A DNA stretch of 64,000 bases from Eledone cirrhosa. Its lineage: Eukaryota. The stretch covers positions 152,644,001 to 152,708,000 of the forward strand of contig OZ024740.1 of assembly GCA_964016885.1 (NCBI GenBank), given 5' to 3'. The position numbers and the translations under genes are program-made. The notes below the pieces were generated by a model that searched no databases, had not been told where the DNA came from, and saw nothing but the letters and a program-made list of their open reading frames with translations. How positions within the stretch are numbered: position 1 is the first letter of the stretch; every line of letters starts with the position of its first letter. This document shows, piece by piece, positions 43,812 to 58,975 of this stretch.

Positions 43812-44267
43812 CGTGTTACAGAGTCTGGGTGATAGAGATTATGTATGCGTGTGTGTGTGTGCGTATTACATGATGTCGCAGAAGGATTAATTTTTTTACG
43901 AATGCGGAGTGGAAGCAGAGATTTTGTAACTATAAGGACTAGCTTCTCAAAGAAAAATAAAACTCATGCGTGAGCCATTATAATATCTGATTGTTAAAGA
44001 AATGTCATTGGGTTTATATTGAAACAAAGATTCATGCAATATAATGCGAATTTTTGTCACGAATATATAATTTCTTTTTTTCTGTGAAGGAAACTTTAAC
44101 CACAAATTGGTGCGATATCCGATTTGTTATCATTTTTTTTAAAAAAGGTTTTGCAAGAGCCTCCTCACTGATTTGTTCTTTTATTGATATAATTTGATAT
44201 AATTGTAGTTCATAACAATAGATGCTCTGCAGTTATTAAGACTGCATAGTATTTTTATATACCTTTT

Positions 44268-44334
<67 letters not shown>

Positions 44335-44665
44335 GTGAGTGTATGTGTGTGTGTGAGTGTATGTGTGTGTGTGTGGGGGGGGGGGCATGTGCGTATGGGT
44401 ATGTGATTATGTGTGTGTATGTGCGTGTGTGTATGCATGCGTGTGTATGTGTATGTGAGTGCTTGTGTGCATGAATGTATGTGTGTGTATTTTCAAAACA
44501 TGAAAAGGAAAGGCATTAAAAAATGTTATTGTATAAAAACGAGAAAAGTTTTACACATTCACGATAAAAATTCTACCTATTTTATTTCTTATAAAGATAT
44601 TCAGGTGAAAGAACATGTACTGTAATACTTTTTCTATGATATAACTCTCTCTCTATATATATCTA

Positions 44666-44740
<75 letters not shown>

Positions 44741-44769
44741 CTCTCTCTACCTCTCTCTCTACCCCTCTC

Positions 44770-44818
<49 letters not shown>

Positions 44819-44919
44819 CCGCACGCGTCACACCTAACCCCCATAACTCTACCGCCGCCACTATTACTTTCTTTCTCACACACACACACCCCATACTGTT
44901 CTTATCCTACTTCCGGACA

Positions 44920-46178
44920 TACCCCTAAGCGTTCCCTTCTCGCTAAGGGTTTACGCTTCATACCCACTACATCCACCTATGGCGAGTTCCAATCACGTAC
45001 TGAGGTTGAATGGTTCATATGTTGCCTAAAGCTCCAAGTGTTCTTCCACAACACATCGTCATCGGACAATGTCTCAGCCACCGACCATCATATTGGATGC
45101 CTAATTCTGTCTAGTTCCGTGCTCTCGACTCCTTCGTGGAAGCCTGCGACATACATTGAACCGCTTCAATTTCCACAACTTGTTCGTTGGCTGCGCTGAG
45201 GCGTAGATATTCTTTCAGTAAACTCGTCCAACCCTTGAACTATACGTTCAATATTTCGACGACTGTATCGATATCACCACTCTCTCCCATGAACAGCTCG
45301 ACTCTTTTCTTTCTTTCGTCCAATCTTTTCATTCTGCCCTCACCTTCACCACCTTTATTACAATTCTTCCGTTCATTTTGTCGACATCCCTCTTTCTATC
45401 GACCACACTCACCTCATCCTCCCTTCCATCATCTTCTACAAACCCACTAATACCCATTCCTATCTCGACTTCACCCCCTCCCACTCCACTCACACCAAAC
45501 TCTCCATACCCTTCTCTCAATTCATCTATCTTTGTCGGCTCCTCCTTGATCCAAGCTCCTCTTACCCGCGCTCGAGAAACAGACCATACTACGGCCCTCT
45601 CAACACGCGACCACCTCTTGACACCCACCTTTCTTTCGCCTTACCTAAGACCTCTCTACCCTACCCCTGCGGCGCTGTATCTTTCTTTGCTTCCCAACCC
45701 TCGTTTCTGACCCAGTTACCTCTTGATCTTTTCCTAATCAACCCATCACCGCCTTTAGGCGCGCCCGTAAACGTCACGACCTTCTTTCTCTTCCTCCCCT
45801 AGCACTCTTCCTGGCTCCCGTCTCTGCTCTCGCCTCTACTATGATAACTGTCCCTACATACCCAAGCTGACCACCCACAAAGGTACGACCTTTCTTATTG
45901 CATTCGCCACTCCTTCACCTGCACCTCTACCAACGTCGTCTCTTACACTCCAGTGTTCCCTTTACTAATCCATATACTTGGACAAACACGTCGCGGTCAG
46001 GTCGACCGAGGGACATACAACTTCGAAAAGTACCCCAGTTGTCCACTACTTCCGTTCTCCTAACCATTCTACTCTCTGTCTCAGGTATCATTTTACCTCA
46101 CGGATTCACAGTCACTTGCACCAGGAGCCAGCAGAACTTAATTTTTCGCCTTGGAACTACTTTCCCCAATGACTTAAA
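44920..46178 (+). mobile_element. Highly decayed Penelope-like element of a different subfamily, ending at (TACA)n
   Basis: RSLLAKGLRFIPT..LKLQVFF, THSYLDF, C-terminal EQNLIFRLGTTFPNDLN. Confidence 0.65.
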
Positions 46179-46734
46179 TATATACATACATACATACATA
46201 CATACATACATACATACATACATACATACATACATACATACATACATGCTTATGTTCCTCCTAATCTTCTAGTCGAAAGTTTGTGCTATATATATATATA
46301 TGTTAGACGGGAGGCTGTAAAAAGATCCATTATTTCGGATGTAACTCTGCGACGAGATTTACCAATGGAGCCTGAAACCTCACCCCTCTCGTCTTATTGG
46401 ATCGTTAGACCGATGGTAAATTGAATGTAAGGAATACTGGGACCAGCTGGACCAACGTGGCTCATGGTGGTACACTATGACAATAACTGAGCTCACTTTA
46501 GATATAACAAAAATGTACCGACGTAACCAGCATCCTCTTAATCTATCCTATACCTAAACTCAGTGTTTATAAGTTACCCTTCTCTTACTGTGGAAGTGTG
46601 TAAAGCTCTGCATCTTTGTTACGAATTCCATATATTATTATTTCCCAACATCCACTTCACGTCCTGATGTGCTAAATATTGTAACTTCTATCATATTCAC
46701 TATTAACTTTATGAATTGACAATGTTCACATTAA

Positions 46735-46925
46735 CAGACCTGCTAATCTCTAAAAACCCAGGCGGGGAATACCATGAAAAAACTGCCCCCAAAACGAGGA
46801 GAAATGAGCCAAAACGGGGAGATTTTACATAATCAAATCTATACCCATTTTCACAAGAGAAGACATCTCCCACCCCAATGTGGGTGGGAGATGTTCCCGT
46901 CGGGCGAGGAGAGTTGACCGGTCTG
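46735..46925. mobile_element. ~190-bp MITE
   Basis: Imperfect TIR CAGACCTGCTAATCTC / GAGAGTTGACCGGTCTG; CATTAA repeated on both flanks. Confidence 0.55.
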
Positions 46926-47273
46926 CATTAACCTATTTATAAACTTTATCCCACACCCTTCCTTTTTTATCTCTTATTTTTTATCTTTATTTTTCATTTC
47001 TACACATTTCATTTTTAATTAAATAATTAATTAATTTATTTTATTTTATTTTATTTCTGTATTTTCTTATTTGAGATTTATTAGTAACCTTTGATTAAGA
47101 GTTTTATTAATTTCGTGTAATAGTCCCTTTAATGTACTTCTGTACGGGGTATACTGGTCTCTGGTTAGCACTCACTTTATTTTACTCATTATCTCGTGTT
47201 GGGTAGTTTTGTACATGTGCGTATACCTGTGTGTAGGTGTTTACATTCGTGTGTGTGTGTAGGAGTTTATATT

Positions 47274-47315
<42 letters not shown>

Positions 47316-47340
47316 AATATAAACACCTACATATATGTGA

Positions 47341-47526
47341 TATAGAAATGGTTTCTACAGGACTAGAACTGTTTCATTCGGAAGAAATCATCAGGGCTTT
47401 CCTGGTGATTTCTTTCGAATGAAACAGTTCTAGTTCTGTAGAAGCCATTTCAATATTAAATATTTATTCTCTGCTATGTATTGAGTACCTTACTTACTGT
47501 GGTTACCCCCAATTGAACACGGGATA

Positions 47527-47529
<3 letters not shown>
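47341..47529. mobile_element. Foldback 3'-end element with HHR core halves; related copies at 49032-49112 and 49550-49727
   Basis: Hairpin 47341-47395 / 47401-47455; CTGATGA-TTTC..GAAT-GAAAC on the minus strand; tail ends at (TA)n. Confidence 0.7.
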
Positions 47530-47597
<68 letters not shown>

Positions 47598-48224
47598 ACA
47601 TATGTGTTTGTGTGTGTTCGTGCATTCCGACAAATGTGCCGGCGCTTATTTACAAGAGGCATCTGTGGTCACAGTTATTGCTGTCTGCTGTAGGGGCGTT
47701 ACTTCAATGTAGCACAAGCGCGAGATATTCCGACAGCTACAAAAGAAGTTCAGCAGTCGGATTGATCCCCAAAACCAGATGGTTGCAAAGCGATCTTCTT
47801 AACCACACAGTGTTGCCTGCGCCATCTATGAAATGTATAACCAATTAAGCATACCCGATGCTATGTAAAACATTTTGCAAAAATAAGAAAGAAACATCAT
47901 GTGTGTATCATATTAGTTCAAGATGTAGATTTAATAATGTTAGCATGCATGACACTGAATTGCAAAATTTTGACCCGAGCACATATCATTTATATCATTG
48001 ATACCGGTTGATATTGGATATCCATCCGTTCAGATATATTCCCGTCAGTAAATCTGTATAACCGGCCGTTCAGATAGTTACAGAAAGTTAGAATGATGTG
48101 CTAACCCTTAACACCTCTTCTTTCTTCAGACGTCAATAACGAAACAACAAACCACTTACATATCATTACACTCGCGCACGCCCTCATATATATATATATA
48201 TATATATGTGTGTGCTTTCATATG

Positions 48225-48317
<93 letters not shown>

Positions 48318-48599
48318 GTGTGTGTGTGTGTAATGAAATAAAGTTTCACTTTAAAATATCTTTTTTCGATATCTAACGTTACATATGTTTTACAGATGAT
48401 CGACTGGTGGTCTTTATCGATGATAGACCTGACTCAAGTATCGATCTGCGCATTATGCGTGTAGATTTAAATCAAAACACTTCCATCTCTGAGGCATCCG
48501 ACTTCCTATCAATATATATATATATTCTCTTTTACTTGTCCCATCCCAGCCATCCGGCTGAGCTGAACCCATGCTGGGGCACCGTCCTTGTTGCTACAC

Positions 48600-48970
48600 T
48601 TTCTATATCCAGCCTGTGTTGGCTAGCCATTGATATAGGAGGGAGTCCGTTGCTGCTGCCCTTGGGTTGCCTTCATTTAGTGCTGTGGGTTCATCTGAGA
48701 TCTTGGATAGCAGAGTGTCAAGATGTTTCTTGAAAACATCCATGTCCTCACCATGTAGATCTCTCAAGTTTCTTGGCAGCTTATTAAAAAGTTTGGGGCC
48801 TTTGAACCCTAGTCTATTGTAATATCTGCTCTTTACTCTAGATGTGAAAGACGTAACCTTTGGCACTATAAAGTGACGAGGGCTGGTCCAGCTCTCAATG
48901 CTAATGTTTGGTTCTAGACTTCCCGGAATCTTCCATATGTATATCACTGCGTACCCCTCCCACCTTTGTT

Positions 48971-48972
<2 letters not shown>
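48600..48972 (-). mobile_element. CR1-group LINE 3' fragment
   Basis: IYIWKI..GFKGPKLFNKLPRNLRDL..FKKHLDTLLSKISDEP. Confidence 0.8.
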
Positions 48973-49034
<62 letters not shown>

Positions 49035-49136
49035 GTTATTCCGGGTTGAATCGGAGGTAACCACAGTAAGTAAGGTACTCAATACATAGCAGAGTATAAA
49101 AGTTTTAACATATCTCATCTATATTAAAATACATAT

Positions 49137-49427
49137 AATTGTTTTTACATTTGGCACAAGGCCAACACATTGCCCCAGTGTATTACTGGTACTTTATTTT
49201 ATCGACCCCGTAAGGATGAAAGGCAAAGTTAACCTCGGCGGGATTTGAACTCAGAATGGCAAGGGCTGTAACTCTATGCGTCAAAGCATGGCGTCCGACC
49301 CTCTACCGATACTGCCAATCAAAAAAATACATATAATTGTTTCTACTTTTGGTACAAGGCCAGCAATTACCCAGTATATTACTGGTACTTTATTTTATCG
49401 ACCCCGTAAGGATGAAAGGCAAAGTTG
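49137..49427 (-). mobile_element. Two SINE copies
   Basis: Reverse complement of SINE core. Confidence 0.82.
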
Positions 49428-49726
49428 ATGTACATCAAGAAATACACACAAAAATTGCGTGTGCACGTGTGTTTATGTTCGTGTGTACACGCGTGAATAT
49501 TGGTGCATATATGTATATGTGTGTGTGCGTATATATATATATAGAGAGAGATGAGATTCTACAGGACTAGAACTGTTTCATTCATTAGAAATCATCAGGA
49601 ATCAATTTCTAATGAATGAAACAGTTCTAGTCCTGTAGAATCTCATCTATATTAAAACTTTTATACTCTGCTATGTATTGAGTACCTTACTTACTGTGGT
49701 TACCTCCGATTCAACCCGGAATAACG

Positions 49727-49797
<71 letters not shown>

Positions 49798-50371
49798 GAG
49801 TAGGCTTGGTTGTGTGCCTGTGTACGCGCGGGTACATGTATGTGTATGTATGTGTATATATGTACATATATAAATATATATATATGTGTATATATGTATA
49901 TGTGTGGGTCCGTGTATGTGTACATGTGTGCGTGTATCTGTGGATGCATATACCTATATATGAGGGTGGGAATATATAAATGTGTACGTGTATGCGCACG
50001 CGCGTGAGAGTACGTGCGGGTGTGTGTGCATGTCCGCAGAGATAAGTGTGTGATCAGGAGCGCGGAATGTCTGTGTGTGCGCACACGTTTATGTGGGTGT
50101 GTGTGTGTCGGGCTACGGGCAAGCTAGGGACAGGCAAGGCAGATCAGAACCCCATGTCCATGTAGCAGTAATTCTGGCGACAGAATTAAGGCGAGTGACA
50201 GCTCACGCCTGAATGGAAATGGTCAGTGGGCAATTTTGAATGGTCAAACATACAGATGACGTCGCGAACTCTTGACCAATCGATGGGCCGCGCAAACTGG
50301 ATGATGGCAGATGAAAGAAATTCAAAGGTACGGAATGCTACAGACAGAGGATTTGCTTCGAAGTCGCTAGA

Positions 50372-50462
50372 CGTATCTGAGGAACTTACGAATCCAGAGT
50401 TAGGTTCGATCCACAAATAGATCGCACCTCGCGCTGTTCGCCGGAGAAACAATTGTAATACG
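50372..50462 (+). ncRNA. Type I HHR with extended stem II
   Basis: CGTAT-CTGAGGA-(nested CGAA/TTCG, AGGT/ACCT, CGATC/GATCG)-GAAACAATTGTA-ATACG; element ends at (TA)n 50510. Confidence 0.75.
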
Positions 50463-50505
50463 CTATTAAATTGTGTTTCGATGCATCACTGATTCTTCGT
50501 TTTCC

Positions 50506-50565
<60 letters not shown>

Positions 50566-50670
50566 TAAAAGGAATTCCAACTTTGTCTGATTTAATCGTT
50601 TTATTTACAATCCTTTAAAATGTATAATGGTATTAGAATGAAATAGTATGGTAGAATATTAAATGTTAAT

Positions 50671-50709
50671 TGAACAAGTACTTTCATGCTTTCGCAATCT
50701 TCAGGTTCA
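50671..50709 (-). ncRNA. Minimal type I HHR (39 nt)
   Basis: Minus strand TGAAC-CTGAAGA-TTGC gaaa GCAT-GAAAGTACTT-GTTCA. Confidence 0.82.
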
Positions 50710-50759
50710 TAATGTGTGGTGACAGTCAAGTTTGCAATTTTCAATATATATATATATAG

Positions 50760-50972
50760 TAATAATAATAAATTAGAAGACTAAAATCCAAAGAGGGCTC
50801 GATAAGGATAAATATATATATATATATCAAACATATAAGAACCGTAGAGCAAATATTTATTAAAATAACAGATTAAAGTTTAAGCAAAGAATCGCTGCTT
50901 TCACCCTTAACGGTTTCAGAAGATCCCGTTAAGGGTGAAAGCAGCGATTCTTTGCTTTAATCTGTTATTTTA

Positions 50973-50981
<9 letters not shown>
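50760..50981. repeat. Dispersed TA-flanked repeat with foldback (arms 50853-50912 / 50927-50981)
   Basis: Direct reading; other copies at 35358, 58976-59135 and 59578-59615. Confidence 0.75.
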
Positions 50982-51008
<27 letters not shown>

Positions 51009-51301
51009 TTTGAGTATATGTTGGTTGTATACCAACACCTCAGTATGCATATTGGAGCACTCAACGAAGTGCGCAGGTTGGTTTGGTTACTCAGGAGTAA
51101 TGTAAAATAAAATAAAATAAATAAGTCAAATGTTTAAAATGTGGCTTCGTTTATTACTGCTATATATATTTCGGTGACAGAATCATATGATTCCAGTTCC
51201 TCGGTGAAATAACAACCCAACCAGGAACTGGGCATATCAGAGTATTGACAAAGTTAAACAGCTCAACAACATGTGTACTCGTCTCTACCACACTAATTCG
51301 G

Positions 51302-51356
51302 ACTGCCTGAAGAGGTCACAGCCAAAGATGGCTATCACCGAAATATATATAGCAGT
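51302..51356 (+). ncRNA. Type I HHR in foldback element 51105-51403
   Basis: ACTGC-CTGAAGA-GGT..AGCCA aaga TGGCT..ACC-GAAATATATATA-GCAGT; inverted copy of the 3' part at 51105-51177. Confidence 0.85.
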
Positions 51357-51397
51357 AATAAACGAAGCCAAATTTTAAACATTTGACTTACTTATTT

Positions 51398-51460
<63 letters not shown>

Positions 51461-51789
51461 TATATAGATATATATATGTGTGTGTGTGTGTGTGTATACA
51501 TATCACGCACAAACACAGTGAGACGAATTAGCTTCAACGTGGAAATTGAAATCGAATCACAGACTCTGTTTGTCGGAAATCTTTTTGCTCTGTAATAAAG
51601 TCTGTAAATGTTCGTTGGATGGGGAAGTGAAAATGTGATGACAAACATGCATTTCTCAATGGACTTTCAGGAAATCATCTACTACTCTCTGGAATGAACC
51701 TTTTCTGTCTGTGTGAATTGCGCCGTTTCAAATCAAACCTGAAGACTTATCTTATCAGGTAGTATTCAAAGGAAGTTTCAAATATTAAT

Positions 51790-52240
51790 GATTTCTACTA
51801 TAGGCTCAAGGCCAGTAATTTGGGTGGAGGGGAAAGTCGATTAAATCGACCCCAGTACTTTACTGGTGCTTTATTTTATCGACCCCGTAAGGATGAAAGG
51901 CAAAATTAACCACGGCAGGATTTGAACTCAGACCGTAAAGGGACGTAACTCTATGCTGCAAAGAATGCTGTACGACTCTCCACTGATACTGCCAATCCAC
52001 CGCCCTGAAGTTTCAAATAATAATAATAATAATAATTGTTTCTACTTTATGCACAAGGCCAGCAATTTGAAGGGGAAGGGAAAGTCGATTAAATCTACTC
52101 CAGTGCATTACTAGTGCTGTATTTTATTTAACCCGTAAGGATGAAAGGCAAAGCTAACCTCGGCGGGATTTAAACACAGAATGTAAAGGGCCGTAACTAT
52201 ATGGCGCAAAACATGTTATCCGACGATCTACCGATACTGA
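51790..52240 (-). mobile_element. Two full-length-type SINE copies
   Basis: Reverse complement of SINE including the AGTCGATTAAATC segment. Confidence 0.82.
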
Positions 52241-53690
52241 ATCAATAAAGAATCGAAATTAAGTCGTTGTCCGCACTTGGCAGGGACTTAAACTGTAGCA
52301 TATACGTTTCACTTTGTAATGAATTATCATATAATGAAGAGTTGGGTTAAGAAATAGTTGTGTGTGTGTATTTATTATTTTCTAGTTGTGGTTGTATGTG
52401 GGTGGGTGTCGGTCCTCTATCGATTCCGATGATAAGTATTTCAGTTGTTCGAACAATGGAAAAAGCCTGTATGTGTAAGTAGCTGAACATTACACAGACA
52501 TATATATATATATACACTTAAAGTAATTCTCAGGGAGATTCAGTATGACAAAGTGAGTAACAAGGCCGGCTCTTTGAACTATAAGCATGACTCAATTTTG
52601 CCAGCTGTGTGAACTGGATCAATATAAAATAAGGTGCCCTCTTCAAGGAGAAAATACGCTACCAGGAATCAAACTTACAACATTACGATCGTGAGGTGAA
52701 CTTCATAACCGCCAAGCCACGCGTCTTCGCCATATTCCATTCCAATCCATTCCATTTAATTCCTTCAGCTATTTATTAACAATACACCTCTTTTCATTAT
52801 ATATATTCTTCACTAATTGATGGCAGTTTCGTGTGGGCAAGAGTCGATGTATATCGATTGGGATATAAAAGCTAGCTATTGGTTGGCAAACACATCAGTC
52901 GTATTCAAATCCATTACCGCGCAAATGCTTAACATCTTAGATTATATACGAGTAAAACTGCAGTAGAAGAACGTAAAAAATACAGCAATCAAAAGAACTA
53001 TTTTACGTCGCGTAGCAACTAATTTGTTATATTAATTTATTTAAATATCTGAGTTCTAAATTATCTGTCACCAGATTTATCGTCAGCTATTTACATTTTA
53101 TACAAGCCAAGGTAAGACGATTATATATTTTATAACTGTTTAAGCATGTATTACTTTTATATGTAGGAGAAGGCAACTCAGGAAACTGGGATAACTCCCA
53201 TATAAAACCTGCGGCTCAGTAGTTACCGATGATGTTGATCTTTTCTTCTTTTCGGGTTATAGCTACTGTCGCTCAGAGAGTGGGATTGGCTCAGTGCACA
53301 GTCTTTCCTCACTTTAAAAAATATCTTCACGCACAGGCATTGCACGATAGAATTAATTAATTATTATTAATAATGGTATATCCTGCAATGGCCATACTCG
53401 ATAACGAGGGGGCAGCCATAATCATATATGTATGTATGCATGTATGTATGCATGTATGTATGCATGTATGTATGCATGTATGTATGCAAGCATGCATTTA
53501 TGGATGTATGGATGAATGAATATATATATATATATGTATGTGTGTGTGAGTGGGCTCACGCAGACACATTGACTCACACAAACACACACATATATGTATA
53601 TATTAACAGTTTGACCTCAGGGCTAACTACGGTTTCAAAGCGAAAAGACATCTAAATGATGAGGTCCATACATATAGTTACACATAGGCT

Positions 53691-53721
<31 letters not shown>

Positions 53722-53752
53722 GTGTGTGTATGTATGTATACACATATATACA

Positions 53753-53805
<53 letters not shown>

Positions 53806-53820
53806 CACACACACACACAC

Positions 53821-53905
<85 letters not shown>

Positions 53906-54372
53906 CTGGGTATGACATTAAACTACATCCAGTGGCTAGCCTCCATTTCGGGAGTTCAGGAGCTGTGGGGAATGTGGAGTTACCCCTTAGTTGTTACCAC
54001 TCCCAGGTCTGCTCTGGCTCGGAGTAGTAGTAGTACCTGTTAGGGCTCCATTTATGGGTTAAATAATTACCTTATTCGAGTGGCGCCGGTAAGGTATTAT
54101 CAACCACTGAAAAGAAATATATATATAATAGGAAAAAAAAACGAGGAAGTTTCGTTTACATATAAAACATATTTATTGTGTATCAACCTTTTATTTATTT
54201 TATTTATTTAAGAAAATTAACAAAGAGAGGACAAGACAACGAACGGAAACAAAACAAACGAACAACAATTTTTTAAGGGGAAACTTTAAGAAATTAATTT
54301 TTTTAAATAAAAATACGAACGTGGTCATCAACTTTTGACACCCTGCGGAATGAAAATACATACGCACACGCA

Positions 54373-54418
<46 letters not shown>

Positions 54419-54699
54419 TACATACATACATACATACATACATACATACATACATACATACATACATACATACATACATACATACATACACCCAGTTGCT
54501 TATGCATCCAATCATAACGATTATATATTAGCACCAAGATTTTGTAGATTTATGAATTAACACATTTTTCGTTAATCACATTTTTTTTTTTTTTTTTCAT
54601 AAGAAAATATCATATTGCAGTTTTTATGGTGTTAAGGGATGAAATTCTGCGTAATTATATGACACACATCATACTACAACTGCACACACACACACACAC

Positions 54700-55035
<336 letters not shown>

Positions 55036-55286
55036 CTTTATTAGCCACCAGGGCGCAACAAGAAAGGGGACAATACAAAGACATGCCGGGGATTTTACAT
55101 ACAGTCGTGTAAAAAATATAAAAACAAACAATTTCAACAATCGAAATCCCCAATAGGGGGGAGGCGCCACAAATGGATTGTTTAATACCCCGTCGATAGA
55201 ACAACCCTCAACTCGAGAAGCGTTTGTGCAAGTGCTCCTTTCTTCCTTTTGCTCTCTTCCTCAACCTACAGGTTAGATAGATAGAG

Positions 55287-55324
<38 letters not shown>

Positions 55325-56141
55325 ATATACATATATATATATATATATAGATATATATATATATATATACATATATACATACATAAACGTTCGCACACGC
55401 GCGCACACGGTCCTCCTACACACATACACACACACTATACATTAGGTCCTTAATTCCTGCTTAAATTTAAAGTTCGTTGTCATGACACCCAGTGTATCTC
55501 CGGCATTCTAAACTTGGTAGAGTTCATCCCGCTCCATTTACTTCAGTGTAAGGAGAAATAGATAAATAGAGTGTAAGAGAGAAATAGATAAATAGAGGCA
55601 GGGGCTGAGTGTGGAGTGAGTGGAGAATAGACTCAAGTACTGGGCTGGTACTCTATGTATCGACCTCGAAAGGATGAAATTCATTTTACCTCAAACGTAC
55701 TTAACTCGAAACGAGACGAAACAAATACTGCAATGCATTCGACTTTCTAATAGCGTTGTTAACTTGCCCACCATACACGCACATACTCTCTCTCACACAT
55801 ACACACACAGACCTGCACACACACAAACACACACATAGACAGTGCGTTCGCGATATCAGCCATATGCTCTGTGTTGGTACTTAACTGACTTGGAATCAAT
55901 TAGTCACGGTACATTTTATGGAGGAATACGAACTCTAGAAACTTCACTTAATGGTTCTAGACAATCTTTATAGTCTCGATCTGCTACGATTCACCCTCTT
56001 CCTCCTATATAAAAGAAATGAAAGAAAAATGACGATAAACAAGGGCGGTGCCCCAGCATGGCCTCAGCCGGATGGCTGAAACAGGTAAAAGAGTAAAAGA
56101 GTATAAAACATTGTTGTATCTGTGAAGCACAAATGACCTTA

Positions 56142-56186
<45 letters not shown>

Positions 56187-56845
56187 GGGAATCAGTAAAA
56201 TCGAATCTCTGGCGGTTTGCAAGTAATTCGGCCTACTTATATGAAGTGATGGGTTAGCGAAGCACTCGATAAGATAGGTCTCAGAGTTATAACATACGTT
56301 TAAATAGCTTGACAAATCGGACATTGTGGTAGGCTAAACTAACACACAATACATACCAAAGTAACGAAGAAACTAATCAGGTTGAGAAAAATAGACCTGG
56401 ACAGATCAGACGAACGTTTGAAATGTTTCTCTGACACCGAAATCAAATATCAGACTTACTTTAGTGGCAAGTTCATGGTATTGGTGACTGAACAGAGGAA
56501 TCAGTTTATCAGCAGGTTTTCGTTCTGGTTAGGATCAGGAGTGATAAAATATGTTGCTGCTCTCACGGCTGCTAATCGTATCTATATTTATCACGTGTTA
56601 ATTCCGGCAATATATCCCCAATAGGGCTGACTGAAATACGCGTGGTTTTTCTCAAAATATTGTCTTCTGTTCCTTCCTAATAACTCTCTACCTTTCTATT
56701 TCATCTTTTATTTATCATTCTATCTTTTGGTGAAATAATAGTATCCGAAACGTAAAGGCTCTTCTCCTACTATAGCGTGCATTACACTAATATATATATT
56801 TGTTATTGTACTGTACTGTTTGCTTTGTTGTTTCCGTTTACGTTT

Positions 56846-56879
<34 letters not shown>

Positions 56880-57106
56880 TGGACTTGATATTTTTCTCTA
56901 AAAACATTTTTTTGCGATTCCGCCCTGTCCGTTCCTTCAATTTTTTTAATTTTTCATTCTTTCTTCTGATCAAGGACTAGCGTTCAATCGTTAGTACCTT
57001 CTTCCTGGTATTTCAAGCGTTAAACTAATATATTCCTTCCATATACTGTAACGATTGTGTTGTTATTTCTGTTTATCTTTTACACACACACATATATATA
57101 TATATA

Positions 57107-58516
57107 TATCTTCTTCGACCACTTTTTCCTGAGAGGATCGTGGGGCAAAGTTCTCAAACACTCCTTCAAGTGGGCCCTGTCAGAAGCAATCGTCTCAATT
57201 GATCCGACTGGATCACCGAGTGAAACCAGCCAAACTCATAGATGATCGTATTCTTCCGGTCATTACCAAAGATTCATGACCATACATAAGGGTTAGCACG
57301 AATACCGAATGGCTTTTACATCTACCTCCTTTCTTCTGATTACCGAATACTGAAATTGGCGCATTACTGCACTACCACCTGCATTTATTGCACTTAATTC
57401 AGCCTCCTTTCATTACTCATATACGCGACCCTAAAATACTTGAACTTCTCCATCTGTTTCAGTTAAATTCCACTCACATGTTGAGTGCACTGCACACGCA
57501 TCCTTGAGAGTACATGTATCTCAGTCTTCGGAGTACATATTTTCATTCCAGCCATGCTGCATTCGGCATCACACATATCAAGTGCATGGTTGAGATCACC
57601 TTCTGACGAGTTAGGTAATACCATGTCATCTGCAAATTCCAGCTGACTGATTTTACACCTGCCAGTCGTGATACCACTTCCAATCTGGTTGTGCTTGTCA
57701 ATCCAATTCATTAAATATTATGAACAGGAGAAGCGCAGTACGCCCCCTTGCGGTGTCCGACGCCTAAAATTGAATGGTTTTGATTTAGCACCATTTATCC
57801 CAAAACAAATACTCGGCCATTCGTATAGAGACATCAGTGTAACAAGAAGCTGTCCATCGATCTCATGCTCCTGCAGAATTTTCTACTGCAGATTCATGTA
57901 ACGTGGTCATATGCCTTTCAGTCTATGAAGCAAGCATACAACTCTTGGTAGTACTCGGGCGATTTCTCAAAGACATGTGAATATTTGGTCGACTGTGCTG
58001 CGTCCGGTACGAAAACCACACTGTTCATGAGCTAACTTGGATTCGACAATCCTCCTACATTTCTTTGGCAGACCCTTAGCATAGACTTTACCGGGAGAGG
58101 GGGGGGGGGGGGGCTTAACAAATAGATCCCTCTATAATTAGAGAAATTCCTCTGTTTGAAAATTGAGGTTATGACTCGATTACCATTGTTTAAGTGCCTT
58201 TCCAGAGATCCAGGGCACCCGACAAACATGAGTCAAAGAATACCTACTCTATTTAACACTATTCACATTTTGGGTCGAATTTCATCCTCCCCAGCATTTG
58301 AGCTCTTTAATTTCTCTTGTGACCACCGCCTCCGAAAGGTTAGTCACCGCTCCACGATTAACACTACATATACATCATATGGGGCTGTTATGAGCGGGTT
58401 TAAGGATCAGCAAAGTATTCAGGCCAGAGGAGAACCCCAGACACATTCCTGCTCAAGTTCAAGAAGGAAAACTTATTTCCAAGCCAAGCTTTGTAAAACT
58501 CTTTTATTCAAGAGGT
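57107..58516 (-). mobile_element. Decayed RTE LINE RT fragment
   Basis: NYRGIYLLSP, QCGFRTGRSTVDQIF, QLEFADDMVL; similar to the 39.3-41.6 kb element. Confidence 0.85.
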
Positions 58517-58518
58517 CA

Positions 58519-58521
<3 letters not shown>

Positions 58522-58577
<56 letters not shown>

Positions 58578-58644
58578 TTATATATGTGTATATATATATA
58601 TATACACACATATATAAATACATATATATATACATATATATATG

Positions 58645-58690
<46 letters not shown>

Positions 58691-58727
58691 AATAAATATA
58701 TATATATATATATATATATTTTAATAA

Positions 58728-58760
<33 letters not shown>

Positions 58761-58877
58761 CATATATATATACATATATATATGTATTATATATATATGT
58801 ATTTATATATCTACATATATATATATATACATATATATATACATATATATATGTATATATATATGTATTTATATATG

Positions 58878-58969
<92 letters not shown>

Positions 58970-58975
58970 TATATA
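58522..58975. repeat. Degenerate (TA)n tract
   Basis: Direct reading. Confidence 0.95.
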
